Shown piece by piece: positions 1 through 11,673 of a DNA stretch of 64,000 nt. Numbering within the stretch: position 1 is the stretch's first letter; each line of letters starts with the position of its first letter. The position numbers and the translations under genes are program-made. This DNA comes from Coniocarpon cinnabarinum. Taxonomy: Eukaryota. The notes under the pieces were generated by a model. The model was not told the DNA's origin. It did no database searches and saw nothing but the letters and a program-made list of their open reading frames with translations. The stretch is taken from NCBI GenBank assembly GCA_051942205.1, contig JAVECO010000094.1, positions 1 to 64,000 of the forward strand, given 5' to 3'.

Positions 1-269
1 GGCTTCCTGCTGGAGGTGCTGCACCTCCACAAGGAAGCCCTGCTGGGTGGCCTCGGGGCGATGGGGAGTTTGTAGTGGTGGCGGGGGTGTGGGTGTGCTG
101 TGTGTGGGGGTGAAGTCTGCAAATGGCCGGGAGGCAAAACACATAATTGACGCCAGCATATGAGCAAAGCACGATACTCAAAAACCACAAATGAAACCCC
201 GGCGATTGAGATTTGCAATGGAATTATCGTGGCTATTCAATGATGCGTAGGCTCTATTCAAAAGGGGAA

Positions 270-1853
270 TCACAAAACGGCGGCGCCGAGACCAGCGACG
301 CCGGCGATGCCAGCGGCCATCATTCCAACGTAATCGCGAGGGGCACCACCTGTGGTTGCGGAGGCGGCGGGCGCGGAACTGGCGCCTGTTGCTGAGGCGG
401 TGGCACTTGCTGCTGCTGGAGCGTCAGTGATGGCGGGCGGGAATATCATATTAGATGGGTAATATCACGAAGAGGACGGGGAACACGTGAAACATACCTG
501 ATGAGGCCACGGTACTGCCCGTCATTGACATACCCCCCATACTCATCGAACTATCCATCGAATTAGTCCCAGAAGTCATCGTACCCGAAAACAAGGAGGC
601 CCTGTGTGATCCAGTTGGGGTTCCTGAATGCGTCGTCGCACCCCACACATCTGAAGTTCCATTGCTAGAGGCTGGATTGTAGCCAGAGCCGGGACCAGGA
701 CTAGGCGTCCCATATCCCACCGGGGTCAATGGATGGAAACTGCGTGAAGGTACGGACGTATAACCACCGGAGGGTGTATAAAACGAGATACTCGTGGGTC
801 CTGTATAAGATGCCGTGACGCTTAGTGGATCATTTGAGAGCCCGCCGGCGGCTGAAGGAACGGCAGGGACAGGCGCGAGAGTGGCGCTGGGATTGTTGGA
901 GTTGAAGCTGGAGGTGTCGCTGCCTGAGACTTGGAGCGGATGCACGCCACTGGGGCCGTAGGTGGGCGTGTAATACGTAAGTGACGTGAGTGACGTGAGC
1001 GGATTGGAGATGACGCTGGGTGATGAGGAATCCATGGTCGTCGAGTGAGATAGCGTTGAAGGTCGAGAGCAGTGTTGAATGATAGGAGGTGAGGTGAGGT
1101 GAAGCCGTGTGAAGCCCTGTCCCAATATCGACGATGCCAAATTGCCAATAAACGGAGGCTAAGCCCGGTCTCCAAATAGAACCTGAGCCAAAGCCCAGAC
1201 CTGTAGGCAAAGTCACGCGCCAATGACGCGTCAGTAGCCCGAGGTCCGCCAGGCCAGATCTCGGTCTAGCGAATCGCCTTTTCGCGGAAAGGGTCCGATC
1301 CATGTCGAGCCGGTCGTGTAGCACAGGAACCAATACCAGTGCAATGCCAGGATCCATGTCGTTCTTCACCGGTAGGAAAATGCGTCCAGGAGTAACGTAA
1401 AGAAGAAGAGAAGGAGATGCACCACTCACCTGCTCGGCGCACCACCAGGCACACTCGCCGTGCAAGTCGACGCCGGCGCACTCGGAAGTCCATGCACGTC
1501 CACACTATCACACACCGACGTCGCGAAGCGAATCGTAGATTGGTAGTCGTCCGCGTCGCATTGGCCCGCGACGCAACACGCCAGGTTGGAGATGTAGCCC
1601 GTGGACTGGCAGATGCATTTGGCGTCGGTGATTTGGCAGCCCGTTTCTGAGAGAGAGCTGCCGACGCATTGTTGCTGGGAGGAGAGTGAGCACAGAAACG
1701 GGTGAGATCTGTTAAGATCGCAGAGGATTGGTGAAGATTGGACGGTTGGGTCGAAGGAGGGAGAGGGCTTACGGCGCATTTGGGGAGGTCGCCCACGTCT
1801 TGGGCGTTGCTGAGTAGAGCTGCACTAAGGAGGAGTGCCGCGATTTTGAACAT
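270..1853 (-). CDS. GPI-anchored CFEM-domain cell-surface protein with Ser/Thr-rich stalk (spliced)
   Basis: ATG 1853 begins signal peptide MFKIAALLLSAALLSNA. Intron 1675-1772. CFEM Cys pattern LPKCA/QQCV..GCQITDAKCIC..LACCVAGQC..SVC. S/T-rich exon lies in ORF 451-1140. Intron 416-497. Last exon ends in GPI-like tail GGAPRDYVGMMAAGIAGVAGLGAAVL, stop 270-272. The middle intron acceptor is uncertain (about 1016). Confidence 0.85.
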
Positions 1854-3042
1854 TTTGGATGTTTCAGTTGGTTGACTGAAGGATGAGGGATTGAATTCGA
1901 CGAGATGGAGGGAGGATCGTTGAGATGGACGGGCCGTGTATAGCTTGTGCAACCTCGGGCGTCACAACGCAGGCACGCAGTCCGTACTTCAAAAGGTAAC
2001 CACGAAACAACCCACTACAACATTCGACACAATACAAACAAAAAACCTCACTCTCTTCCCCAGAAAAAGAAAACAGAAAAGCGGGACTTGATAAAGCCCC
2101 CAACCCTCCGCATCCCAGACGGCAGCGCAGGCCCCCAGCAGCACTCCACCAGAGACGAACGGGAGAGTCCGCCATCCTGGCCCCGTAAGCCCCATTCCAG
2201 CACCTTGGACTTGACCCCCATTGGCCCGCGTCCCTCGCAATATCGAAGCAAAGGTGGAGAAAGGGCAGACTCTAGATCCGAACCCTTCGGCGCAACAGGC
2301 AAGCCCGCGTCTACGGGTGCTGTATAAGGTTTCACGCGATCCGCATGCAGGGGCCCCGTAGCGACAAGGCTGTGTGCGTGTGGCCTGCAATAGTAGACAG
2401 ACAGACAGATACTCTGTAAGCAGGGCAATGTCCAAGACACCGGGGAATTCAGCAAGACACCATGAAGCCAATGGAGAGAAGTGCAGGCACCTGCACGTTG
2501 CGGCTCAAGGGAACAAGCAGCCCATCGGATTCCACCCCAATGGCGCCGCGGCCTGATTGCTGCCCTCGTACTTTTTTTCCATCGTTGCCGTTCACGCATT
2601 CAGTAATTATCCACGTCGGCTGCCACGCCTTCCGCTGACATGTACACCACGTTGCATACGTTCGATCCAATTCTTTTTTATACTTTTGCTCGGTGATGTC
2701 AACTAGCTCGATTGATAAATTGATTGGCTTATTGACTTTCTAAGTACTGCGAAAGGTGGTATCTTTGGTCGTTCATCGTCGTTAGATCGCAATGCCAAAA
2801 CGCTTCTCCTGCCCTCTTGAAATGAACCCCTTCGCACTCATTAAACGGTCCGTCTCTTTGCGCTCGCTGATGCTGATGCTTGGTCCTCCGCTTGCTTTCT
2901 CGCTTTCTTGCTTGCCTCCTCGCTCGAACAGAATCGATCAACGGTAGTAAAACGTCCTCCGACATTGACACGTCTCCCACATATCTTCATAAGCAATTGC
3001 TTCCTCCACCGTTTTTCTGGTCAGCCCATGCTAGATCTCATC

Positions 3043-5204
3043 TCACCTCCCCGGCCGTCGCACTCCTCCACCACTCAGATACATGGCCAGCCCGGTATTC
3101 ATACTGCGCCGCTTGGCTCCGCGGTTGCTCTGCGGCTTGCCCCCCGGCTCAGGTCCAATAACAGCGATTTCTGGACCCCCTGCAGATGCCACCATTCCGT
3201 CGTCAAGCACCTCAGGCAACTCTGCTGCTGGCTTCTTCGGCCTGTTCCTGTTCGCCTTGCCAAAGCCGAAAAGTCGGCCCCCGTTGTCCTTCTTGGGCCG
3301 GCCAGGCCGGTGATGACCATGCTCCGGTGGCACGTCGGGCATCTCTGGCTTGGGCTTTTCTTCTAACACTTCTTTCGCCATGGGCCACATGTGCATCTTG
3401 ACCGTCCAATCTGGCTGCACGAGGACTTCCCACGTTGCTGGGAGGATGATCTCACCGTCAGGGCCGATTAGATCGAAGTGTTGGTTGGCAACCTCCTCGT
3501 CGTAGTTTTCGATTTGGCGAAATGCTTGCTGAATGAGATTGTACATACCCTGTGCGTGTGTAAGCAAAAGCACTGACACAACAGTACTAGGAAATGCACA
3601 TACTTTCCATGTCTTGCAGTGCTTCCAAGGAAAGCTAAATTTCCGTCCTACCGCATCCTCAAACTTGATCGGCTTCTGCACGTCGTCGCTACTCGGCTTG
3701 ATACCAGCCAAATCCTCTTCCGCCTTCTTCTTCGCTTCCTCGGCCTTCTTTTCAGCTTCTTTGGCTTTCTCCAACGCCTTTCGATGCTCCTCTGCCTTCT
3801 TGTCAGCCGCCGTCTTGGCTGCCGCATCCTGCTCCAGCTTAGACTTTTCGACTGCGGCATCGACAATTTTCTTAGTCTCCCTCTCCTGTTCGGCCTTGCG
3901 TTTCTCAGCTTCGAATTTCTCGAGCTCCTCCGTCAGTCGGTCGACCCGAGCCTGTTGTTCTCTGAAGATGTCGTCTGCTTTTCGAGCTTCGTCACGCGCC
4001 GCATCATGCTGTGCCCGTGCCGCATCCGCCTGTGCCATCTCGCTCGCTCTCATCTGGTCTTTCAGGATCTTCGTTATGTCATCGATGCGCGGGTCTGGTG
4101 GCGGAGGAGGTGGAGGAGGAGGGGGCGATGCTTGCGGCTCTCGCTGGGGCGTCGGAGGCTGATAGGGGGGATATGGATATGGATATGGCGGAAAGTAACC
4201 TCCAGCATGTGGTCCGTAGCTCGGCGAGAAGGCATTTTGCATATAGTGGTGGTATGGCGATGCGAATGGATTGTAAAACGGTTCGTGCGAGGGCACATGC
4301 ACTAACTGCGTCGTGGGCTGTGGAGCTGGCGCTGGCGCTGGCGCTGGCTGCGGCGGTGGCTGGGCCTGCGGTTGCGGTTGAGGCGCTTGTTGGTAGACAT
4401 AGGTTGGTCCTTGATTTGGCGGGGCCTGGGGAGGCCTGTTATCATAATATTGAGGCTGCTGATAGCCATGCTGAGGAGGTTGTTGCATGGGTGGCGGAGG
4501 CGCTGGATATTGCTGTGGATATGGCTGGCCGTGGTCGGAATCTGGGACCCAGGTCCACCCGTGGCCTGGAGGGCCTGGGGGTTGCCCGTAGGAATAGTTC
4601 TCGGACGAGTATTCGTAATCCAGACTTGATGTCTCTTCGGGAACGGGCTCGGGTCGACGATGGGCACCGCGAGAGTGATGTTCACGCCGAGGGGGCGATT
4701 GTTCACGGTGGTGCGCGGTTCGACGCTCCTTTCGCGGTGGAGGAGGATGTTCTTTCCGTGGGGGTGCCTCAGGGGCTGGCGGCGGATGTGAGGATGGGTC
4801 GGTGTCCTCTTCTTCCTCTTCGAATTGCTCTTCGCCGGTCGAGACCTCTTCGTCTTCCGCCTCTTCGTCTGACGTTCCCGAGGCACTTGTTTCAGGCCCG
4901 GCGGAGTTCTCGGCACTCGAAATGACTTCAGGCACTTCGTGGTGATGTGGTGGTGGTGGTGGTGGTGGTGGCTCTCGAGGCAGCTCCGGCGCGTCTTCGT
5001 GAGCAGAACGCCCGGACGAAACGCTTTCCCGACCGCGCGAGGTGGTCCGTCTGATGTTCAGTTTGATACTCCTGTTTGCGACACACAGCGTCAGTGCTCA
5101 GGCCGACAATCGAGCCGTCCGTCGAGACACAACGGGCGGGTAACCCGGGCGACGATGGGGCCGAAGAAGCGGGGCAGGAACCGCGCTGGTCTGACATACG
5201 ACAT
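3043..5204 (-). CDS. Pro-rich/coiled-coil protein with C-terminal fungal ubiquitin-like domain (PIKFxDAVGRKFSFPW family)
   Basis: 5-nt first exon ATGTC (5200-5204). Intron 5072-5199 (GTATGT..CTGAC..CAG) joins in frame to ORF 3043-4935. In-frame intron 3550-3603. Block PIKFEDAVGRKFSFPWKHCKTWK|GMYNLIQQAF..HFDLIGPDGEIILPATWEVLVQPDWTVKMHMWP is recalled as a conserved ascomycete domain. Confidence 0.8.
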
Positions 5205-6417
5205 GGAGGGTTTGCCACTCTCAGTCCAGCCTCATGCGCATGGCCAATTCTTGCGTGCGAGCACAGAGGGAGCTGCGGGTCGCGGTTGAGTGGTGGGCCG
5301 GAGAAGAGGAGCGTACTTGCGGGTGCCTTTGGCAACGAGGAATGTGATAGAGGCGGTCAGGCAAGCCCAGCGCAGCAGGAATGGCCACGGCTGTGGTTGG
5401 CTTGTATATCAGATGTTGCTGCGACGGTATGGGCTCGTTCGTATAAGCAGAGCGCCGAGCAGCTGAAGCTCAAACGACGCCTGTCAACAAGAGCGCGAGG
5501 GAAGTGACTGCGAGAACGAAGGAGCCGGGAGGGGGATCAACACAGACGCTGTGCAGAGATGGAAACGAAGGATTCGCGGTGCAGAGGAAAGCGAATGAGA
5601 TGCAATTGATGCACACAAAGTTTTCACCGGCTGGACAGGGATTGAGGCCGTCAGAAAGTCGATGCTGGGCAATGCTGGGATGGAGAGGGCACACTACTGG
5701 AGCAGAGGGGAAAACAGAAATGCAGAAGAGCAGGGCCGAGAGTGCGTGAGTCAGGTCTCGACGGGGGGCGTGAGTTGGCGACAAACGCTCTCGTTGCCCG
5801 GGCTCGTCAGGGCGTCATAGTGCTGCTGCGCGCAGTGTGTGGGACTTCTTGGGGCTCCTGCTGCCTCCAGTCCCCTTCGGCATTGTTATTTACATACTGT
5901 CTTTGCTGCTCCTCCTGCAGTCGATGCTCTTCGTCATCCTCTCGCCCGTCTTGCATACATTCAGTCCACCCACTTGTAAGACGTCGGGTGGTTTGCTCCA
6001 GTGTCAAACCAGAGGACAGACAATATCAGCTGCCGACGTTTGCAATCGCGGTGGGTCTTGTGGTGCCCAAGGGTATGCGGCTTGAGGCCTGAAATGGTTG
6101 CCCGACGTGACCTGACCCATTGGTGATCATTTTTCATGTGCGATGCGTGCCGTGCCTGCGGGTGCCAAAAGTCCTGATTGAGTAGATACGGCGGTTGGCG
6201 TCTAAGGCGCGTTCCTGCAGCCGCTCTCTCGCTTTGCCCGTGTGACGCAAACGCACAGGTGCACTAGCATCTGCTGCTGCTTCACATCTGATAAGCTGGC
6301 GGTCTGCTTCTTGCTCGTCGATCGAATCACGCCCGACATGTGCGTCTCATGTGCATGCATTGGTGATATGACCATGCCTCTGCCGCCGTGAGCGGCTATT
6401 GCGTCTGTGGGGCCAAT

Positions 6418-7607
6418 TCACACTGCGGCTTTGATCATCAAAATCTGTTCTCGTCAGTCGTGGGGGACTTCAGAAATATAGCCGTGCGCTCGGCTTCACA
6501 TACCTCTCGCATAGCTTCTGAATTATCCCCAGCCATGTTTTTGTGTTTGATATACCTCTTTCTTACTGCATGCATTCCCCTACTATTTGAACCTTGTGGT
6601 GGAGCGGCGCTCTCGTCAAGCGCAGTGTCAGGGGAAGGATTTGCAATAGCAGCCACCGGCACAGGTGGTGTTGATAGATTGATTCGGTTCTCATCCGAAA
6701 CATGTCTTGAATCTTCTTTTGCATTAGATTGTTGCTGAGCATCCTTGCGAGCCTGTTTCCTAAGCTTTCGACGGCGTCGAGCTTCTTCTCTTGTTTCCGA
6801 TTCCTCAAAGTTCTCCTGTGGCTTCAATGACTTCCGCTCACGGCCTGGGCTTGTGAATTTCGGCCTCTTACGCTGGGAATCACGCCTTATAGCGACTTCA
6901 CCGACAGTTGAAGTCCCAAGATCTGGATGGCTGGCCGCTTTCATCTCTCGCTTTGCACGTCTGCGTTCTTTACGAGCTCGCTTCTCCTCTTTACGCCGTT
7001 TTCTGTCCGCCGCATCCTCCTCTGTGAACGGTACCTCAGCTCCAGTAGCCACATCCAGGCTCCTTGAGAGGTTATCTGGGTCGTCGACTTCGGCGCTGAC
7101 ATTCTCTCTAATCTCGCTGCCGACTAAGAACCCAGCCCTGACGAAACGCATCGGTCCAAGCCTGTTGTCGAGATACAGCCTTCGACTTAGGTTCTCGCGT
7201 GCCATCCGTTTCTTCTCTTCTTGAAGGGCATCTGCTTCGCCATTCAGCCTGCTCAAGATGTCGTTGAATGCTCCCATCCGTTGCACGTTCTTGGCGTCAT
7301 TTTCCTGCTGCAAACTGGCACCGAGTCCAAGATTTTCTTCCCTCGGCTGAATGCGCACATGGCTTTCGGATGCAGAGGTATAGTGGGATGAATGCGCAGC
7401 GTCTTTGGCACCAAGAGTGCTACCTGGTGTCCAGCCTTTGGAGGCGAGTATCCTTTGACCGTATGTCGAGGTATTGCGTGCCCACAAAGTATTATTGGGA
7501 TCGTGAGAGATCTTCTGGCGTCTTCAACAAGTATGTCAGCAATGCAATGCATGTGCGTTGGACAATACGTAGATCTCCACTCACTTTCTGCCGCCCGCAA
7601 GACCCAT
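6418..7607 (-). CDS. PXR1: G-patch ribosome biogenesis/telomerase-inhibitor protein Pxr1 (PinX1/Gno1)
   Basis: Spliced start MGLAGGRK|RQKISHDPNNTLWARNTSTYGQRILASKGWTPGSTLG..NLGLGA is a G-patch. Lys/Glu/Arg-rich middle. Last intron gives ..MRE|ILMIKAAV*. Confidence 0.92.
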
Positions 7608-7733
7608 TGCCTAGATTTTGCGGGATCTTATAAGTATACGTTGCGGCCAAACATTTTTTGACACTCGCTTTCGTTTTCTCGCTTTGATTGCAGGATTCCC
7701 CGAATTAGTTGCAATATGGGCACAAAGCATTCC

Positions 7734-7745
7734 GATCACGTGATC
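7734..7745. promoter_or_regulatory. Palindromic E-box (GATCACGTGATC) in a divergent promoter
   Basis: Perfect 12-bp palindrome with CACGTG core in the about 210-bp gap between head-to-head ATGs at 7607 and 7819. Confidence 0.45.
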
Positions 7746-7818
7746 TTCTGCACCAAACTCCTCAGGCTTAAACTCCACCCAGAACGCAGTAGTACGACTG
7801 GCAAGAATCATTCCTGAA

Positions 7819-8556
7819 ATGCCTGGGAAGTCTGCATCAAAGCGCAAAGCTGCTCAAGCGGTCGAAGAGGATCTTGCTGAAAATCACGATGGCAACGTCG
7901 ATGTCGCAGATTCTCAGAATGCGGAGACCGCCATGACAAACCGGCTCAAGGAAGTCTCGAACACCGTGAGTCAAACTAAGCAAGTTTGGCTCTCCCATCT
8001 CTACGAATATTGAACAATCAATGCTTGTACTCCTAGAATGTGGAATTGTCAAATTCTGCTACATTTGTCTGTAATACGTGGATGGCATGGTCGTGTACTC
8101 GATACTCGAGCAATGTGCACAATTCATCCTGTGTACAAGCTTGATGATTGATCTTTAATGGGGAGCAGATCCGCAACAAGGCGGCACGAAAGCGCACAGA
8201 AGCCAAAAAACAAGTCGATGCCATCAAGACCAAACATCGCGCCAGTCTGGAAGACCTGGAGGTGCGCAGAAAGGCCGAAATGTACGTCTGACTCGTTTCC
8301 GCCACTGCGACCTTACTCGATTCGAGAATGTCGTTCTCACTCGATGCCTTCATATTGTATGTATTGCTAATACGCTAGTATCAGACGCCAGCTTCAGCAC
8401 GACCAACTCACCAGATTGCGTAACTTGTTACGTGAAAAGCGTCGTCTTGAAGACGAGATGTCATCAAAGCTTGCAAATATCAGCGACCAATGCTTAGCCA
8501 AACAGACCGACATGCATGCTGTGTTGGAACGACGCGCCGACGGCCTCAAGGATTGA
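7819..8556 (+). CDS. Hypothetical small coiled-coil protein (about 143 aa, 3 exons)
   Basis: Exons 7819-7965, 8169-8281 and 8385-8556 with GTGAGT/GTACGT donors join into one frame: MPGKSASKRKAAQAVEED..IRNKAARKRTEAKKQVD..QLTRLRNLLREKRRLEDEMSSKL..GLKD*. Confidence 0.7.
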
Positions 8557-8911
8557 CTTGGCTTCGTACATCTTCAACATCATTTTGCGATGCTCTCTCA
8601 ATTGGAAGAGAGCGGTCTGGAAGCATTATATGACTTCAACAATGTTATGCACCAACCTGTACATTAGCCATCAACGAGCTTCTAATGCTATCTCAAAAGT
8701 ACAAGATACCCGTGCTGTGCCTCTCATACTCACACGTCCTACTTCAATACCTGCTTATGCCCACTGTTCACCGGCTGACAAGGCCAACAACCAGAGCTGA
8801 CATCCTGTGCGACAGAACACGCAGCGCGTTTTGATACAGTCCTTGCCTCTCTCGTCAACGCCGCAATAGCCACTCGTCCTCAACATTATGACATGCAAAA
8901 GACCTTCCCGC

Positions 8912-9401
8912 TCATTTACCCACAACTTTCTTGGCCACCTCCCCGCACTTATGTTCCAGCCATGCCGCTTCTTGATTTTTGAACGTGGCTGCACATTTGC
9001 CACACACGTGAAGGGTTCCCTCGTGCTTCTCTCTCTTCCAATGTCTTCGCAAGTCATCTGCCGAGTTGTAATCTTTCGTGGGGCAACTTTGCTCGGGACA
9101 CTTGAAACGTGTCTGCTTCGCCTTATCTTCAGGGACCTTCAGGCAATGATCTTTTGTACCTTTGTGGCGGTCAAGATGTGAAGATATGTTGGTGCCGAAT
9201 TCGCAAGGTTTGCATTGGTGTTTTTTGCTATTCCAATCAGACTGGGCGTCTTTGCTGTGGCAACAATCTTAGCTCAAAGTCATATCCCTTAAGACCGAAC
9301 ATTACAAACCTTGGACCTGACGCCTCTGATTGACCCGCCTCCACGTCTTTTGCGGCATCCAAGAGGGTCCTTCTGACATCATCATCACTATCTCTAGACA
9401 T
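8912..9401 (-). CDS. Small C2H2-type zinc-finger protein (144 aa, 2 exons)
   Basis: ATG 9401, intron 9255-9309 (GTTTGT..CTAAG..CAG). Exon 2 encodes CKPC-x12-H-x5-H, CPEQSC-x13-H-x5-H and CGKC-x13-H-x-C. Absent from the ORF track. Confidence 0.75.
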
Positions 9402-10679
9402 ACTGGATTTTTTAGAATTTGACTTTATGAATAAAACGTTATGAACGTGTTAAGATTACGAGCTGAAGATCTATGTGGGGGAAAAGCATTCGATAGTTGT
9501 GTCGAGAAGCATTGCATCGTAGCCACTTTGATTTGCTTTATATGCTTGCACGGGGAAGGGTGAACGCATGACAAGCTGGCAGTGTCGTCAGCAGTAGGAT
9601 CATTGCACACCAAAGGAAACAGGTATTTGACAAACAAAGACACTCGCCATGTTACGAAATACATCATGCACTGCTTCTCAAGGCCACATCATGCTAAGGT
9701 AGCTAGGAAGCTGGCCTACCTTGGCAGGATGAAACAGCATCCGTCGGGCAAACGCAAGTACACTTCCAGAGCAAGCTCATCCTTCATGATCCAATAGGTT
9801 CACTTGAGCATACTCTGGCTTTTATGGATTGAACCACGGTCTAGACATGTGGCGAAAGGTCGGGAATCCTCTCGAAGGATTTATGAGAGTCTCCGACGGG
9901 GCTGACACAAGCCGCGAAGGTTGACCAATCTCAGGAGATCAGAATTAACGGTTATGGGCAAGACGGTTGTGCGTGCTCCCAATCGAGCTTGAAAGACTAG
10001 CAGTCAATTTAACTTGGGTGCGTTCGAAACCCCGGAGGAGCTTTTCGATGCATTCATGGAGAAGAACAGTAGGACGCGGGCCGCCACGTCTGACACTTGG
10101 TAAAATCAACAGCTCTAATAAAGATTGAGGGCCAAGATGTGGCGCTTTGAGCAAGATGGCAGAACTCGAAACGCGATAGTCACCAAGTTTGAAAGTTTAT
10201 AACGTACGGGTCCAGACGTGAAGAGGGTGAGTTGCTCGTCTCACAACTCAGGATCATTCAATGTCTGATCCTCAGATCCTGCAGGAATAATAATACGCGT
10301 CACAATAACAGGGGCCTGAAGCGCTTCCTAGGGATGTGGAAAAGATGTATGCCACTTGCAACAGGGTAGCCTAGCCTCACGCTCGACGCATGAAGAGGTA
10401 ATTCAAGATCCGGCTCGTGACGTTCGTTCCTAAAGACTTCCGAGAGCCACACGTACCAAGCAACAAGGATACGGCATGGGTATGAAGGTAGTTAGTTTAC
10501 GCTGACCCTGATTTTCAGGCACTCTGTGTATACATAAGTAAAAAGTCCAGATGCAATGTCAGAAATCGTAGCACCAATGTGTCAAGGTAGCTGGAATCTA
10601 CGCCATTCTTCACTCTACTTTGACCTCCGTCCTACCATCTCGACCCCTTCAGCTCCAGAACCTCGAGGCTCGTGCAATC

Positions 10680-11376
10680 ATGGCGGCCGCCGTCAAAGCG
10701 CTGAATGCGCGCATCCGAGCGAATCCAGTCTCAGATTACCTGTGTTCCACACGTGAGTCAACCCCAGTCGCATTAGAAGTGCGAAGCAGCCTCAAATGCG
10801 CATGCGCCAACATAGTCGAGTCCCGACAGCAGTCGGAAATCACTTGTGAACAGTCTGAACCAATACGGAGGAGATGAATGCCAGCAGCATGTGTCAGAAA
10901 GGGACCACCAGCTAACGAGCACATTCAGATTTCTGGGGCCCCGCCTCCAACTTCGGCATCCCCATCGCAGCGGTAATGGACTGCACCCAAAAAGACCCAG
11001 ACATGTACGTTCACAACACAATGCGCTTTCTCGTTCTCCTTCTCTCGCCCATCACCGACACCTGTTCTGAGCCGAGCTAACACAACCCAACAGCATCTCC
11101 GGGCCCATGACTGTCGCACTCTCCTGCTACTCCGGCATCTTCATGCGCTACGCCATGGCCGTCACGCCCAAAAATTACTTGTTGTTCGGCTGCCACGTCG
11201 TTAACTTCTCGGCACAGATGACGCAGGGGTATCGGTTTACGAATTATTGGTATTTTGGGGGACGGGAAACTTTGGAGCGGGAGGGGAAGAAGGGCGTCTC
11301 GGGTTTCGTGGAGGGCGTGGAGAAGAAGGCGGAGGAGGTGGGAAAGGAGGTTAGGGAGAGTGTGACTCGGAAATGA
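10680..11376 (+). CDS. MPC1: Mitochondrial pyruvate carrier subunit 1
   Basis: Spliced product MAAAVKALNARIRANPVSDYLCST|HFWGPASNFGIPIAAVMD..KDPD|ISGPMTVALSCYSGIFMRYAMAVTPKNYLLFGCH matches MPC1 signatures. First intron 10753-10928, plus a second intron. Confidence 0.95.
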
Positions 11377-11673
11377 GCAGCATATGCTGGGTTCGAGATG
11401 ATTGGAATGGTTGCAGTAAGACCGAAGACACAGCGACGTTGACAAAAATGGGGATGAGAGTAGCAACGAGGCAATGGGGTGTACGCTTCAACATTGTTGG
11501 CAGGCTTTGGAGAAGGAGTTCGTGAAGTAAGAACATGGACCGCGCTAGACAAGGAGCAAGAAAGGCTCCAGAGTGTTGATGGGAGTCGTCAATTACAATG
11601 AAGAATTCAAGTCCAGTTTCTGTACATTATACGCTCACAACGCCAGGATCATGCATCGGACACCAACAAGCTC

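Noticed and set aside
3533..4925. Long plus-strand ORFs (209, 228 and 304 aa)
   Set aside because: They are antisense shadows of the GC-rich minus-strand gene.
5807..6007. Gln/Glu-rich short minus-strand ORF
   Set aside because: It is short, has no splice link to the downstream gene (whose start is explained at 5204) and has no recognisable motif.
10753..10928. Longer MPC1 intron with small hairpins, considered as a snoRNA host
   Set aside because: There is no convincing C/D or H/ACA box arrangement.
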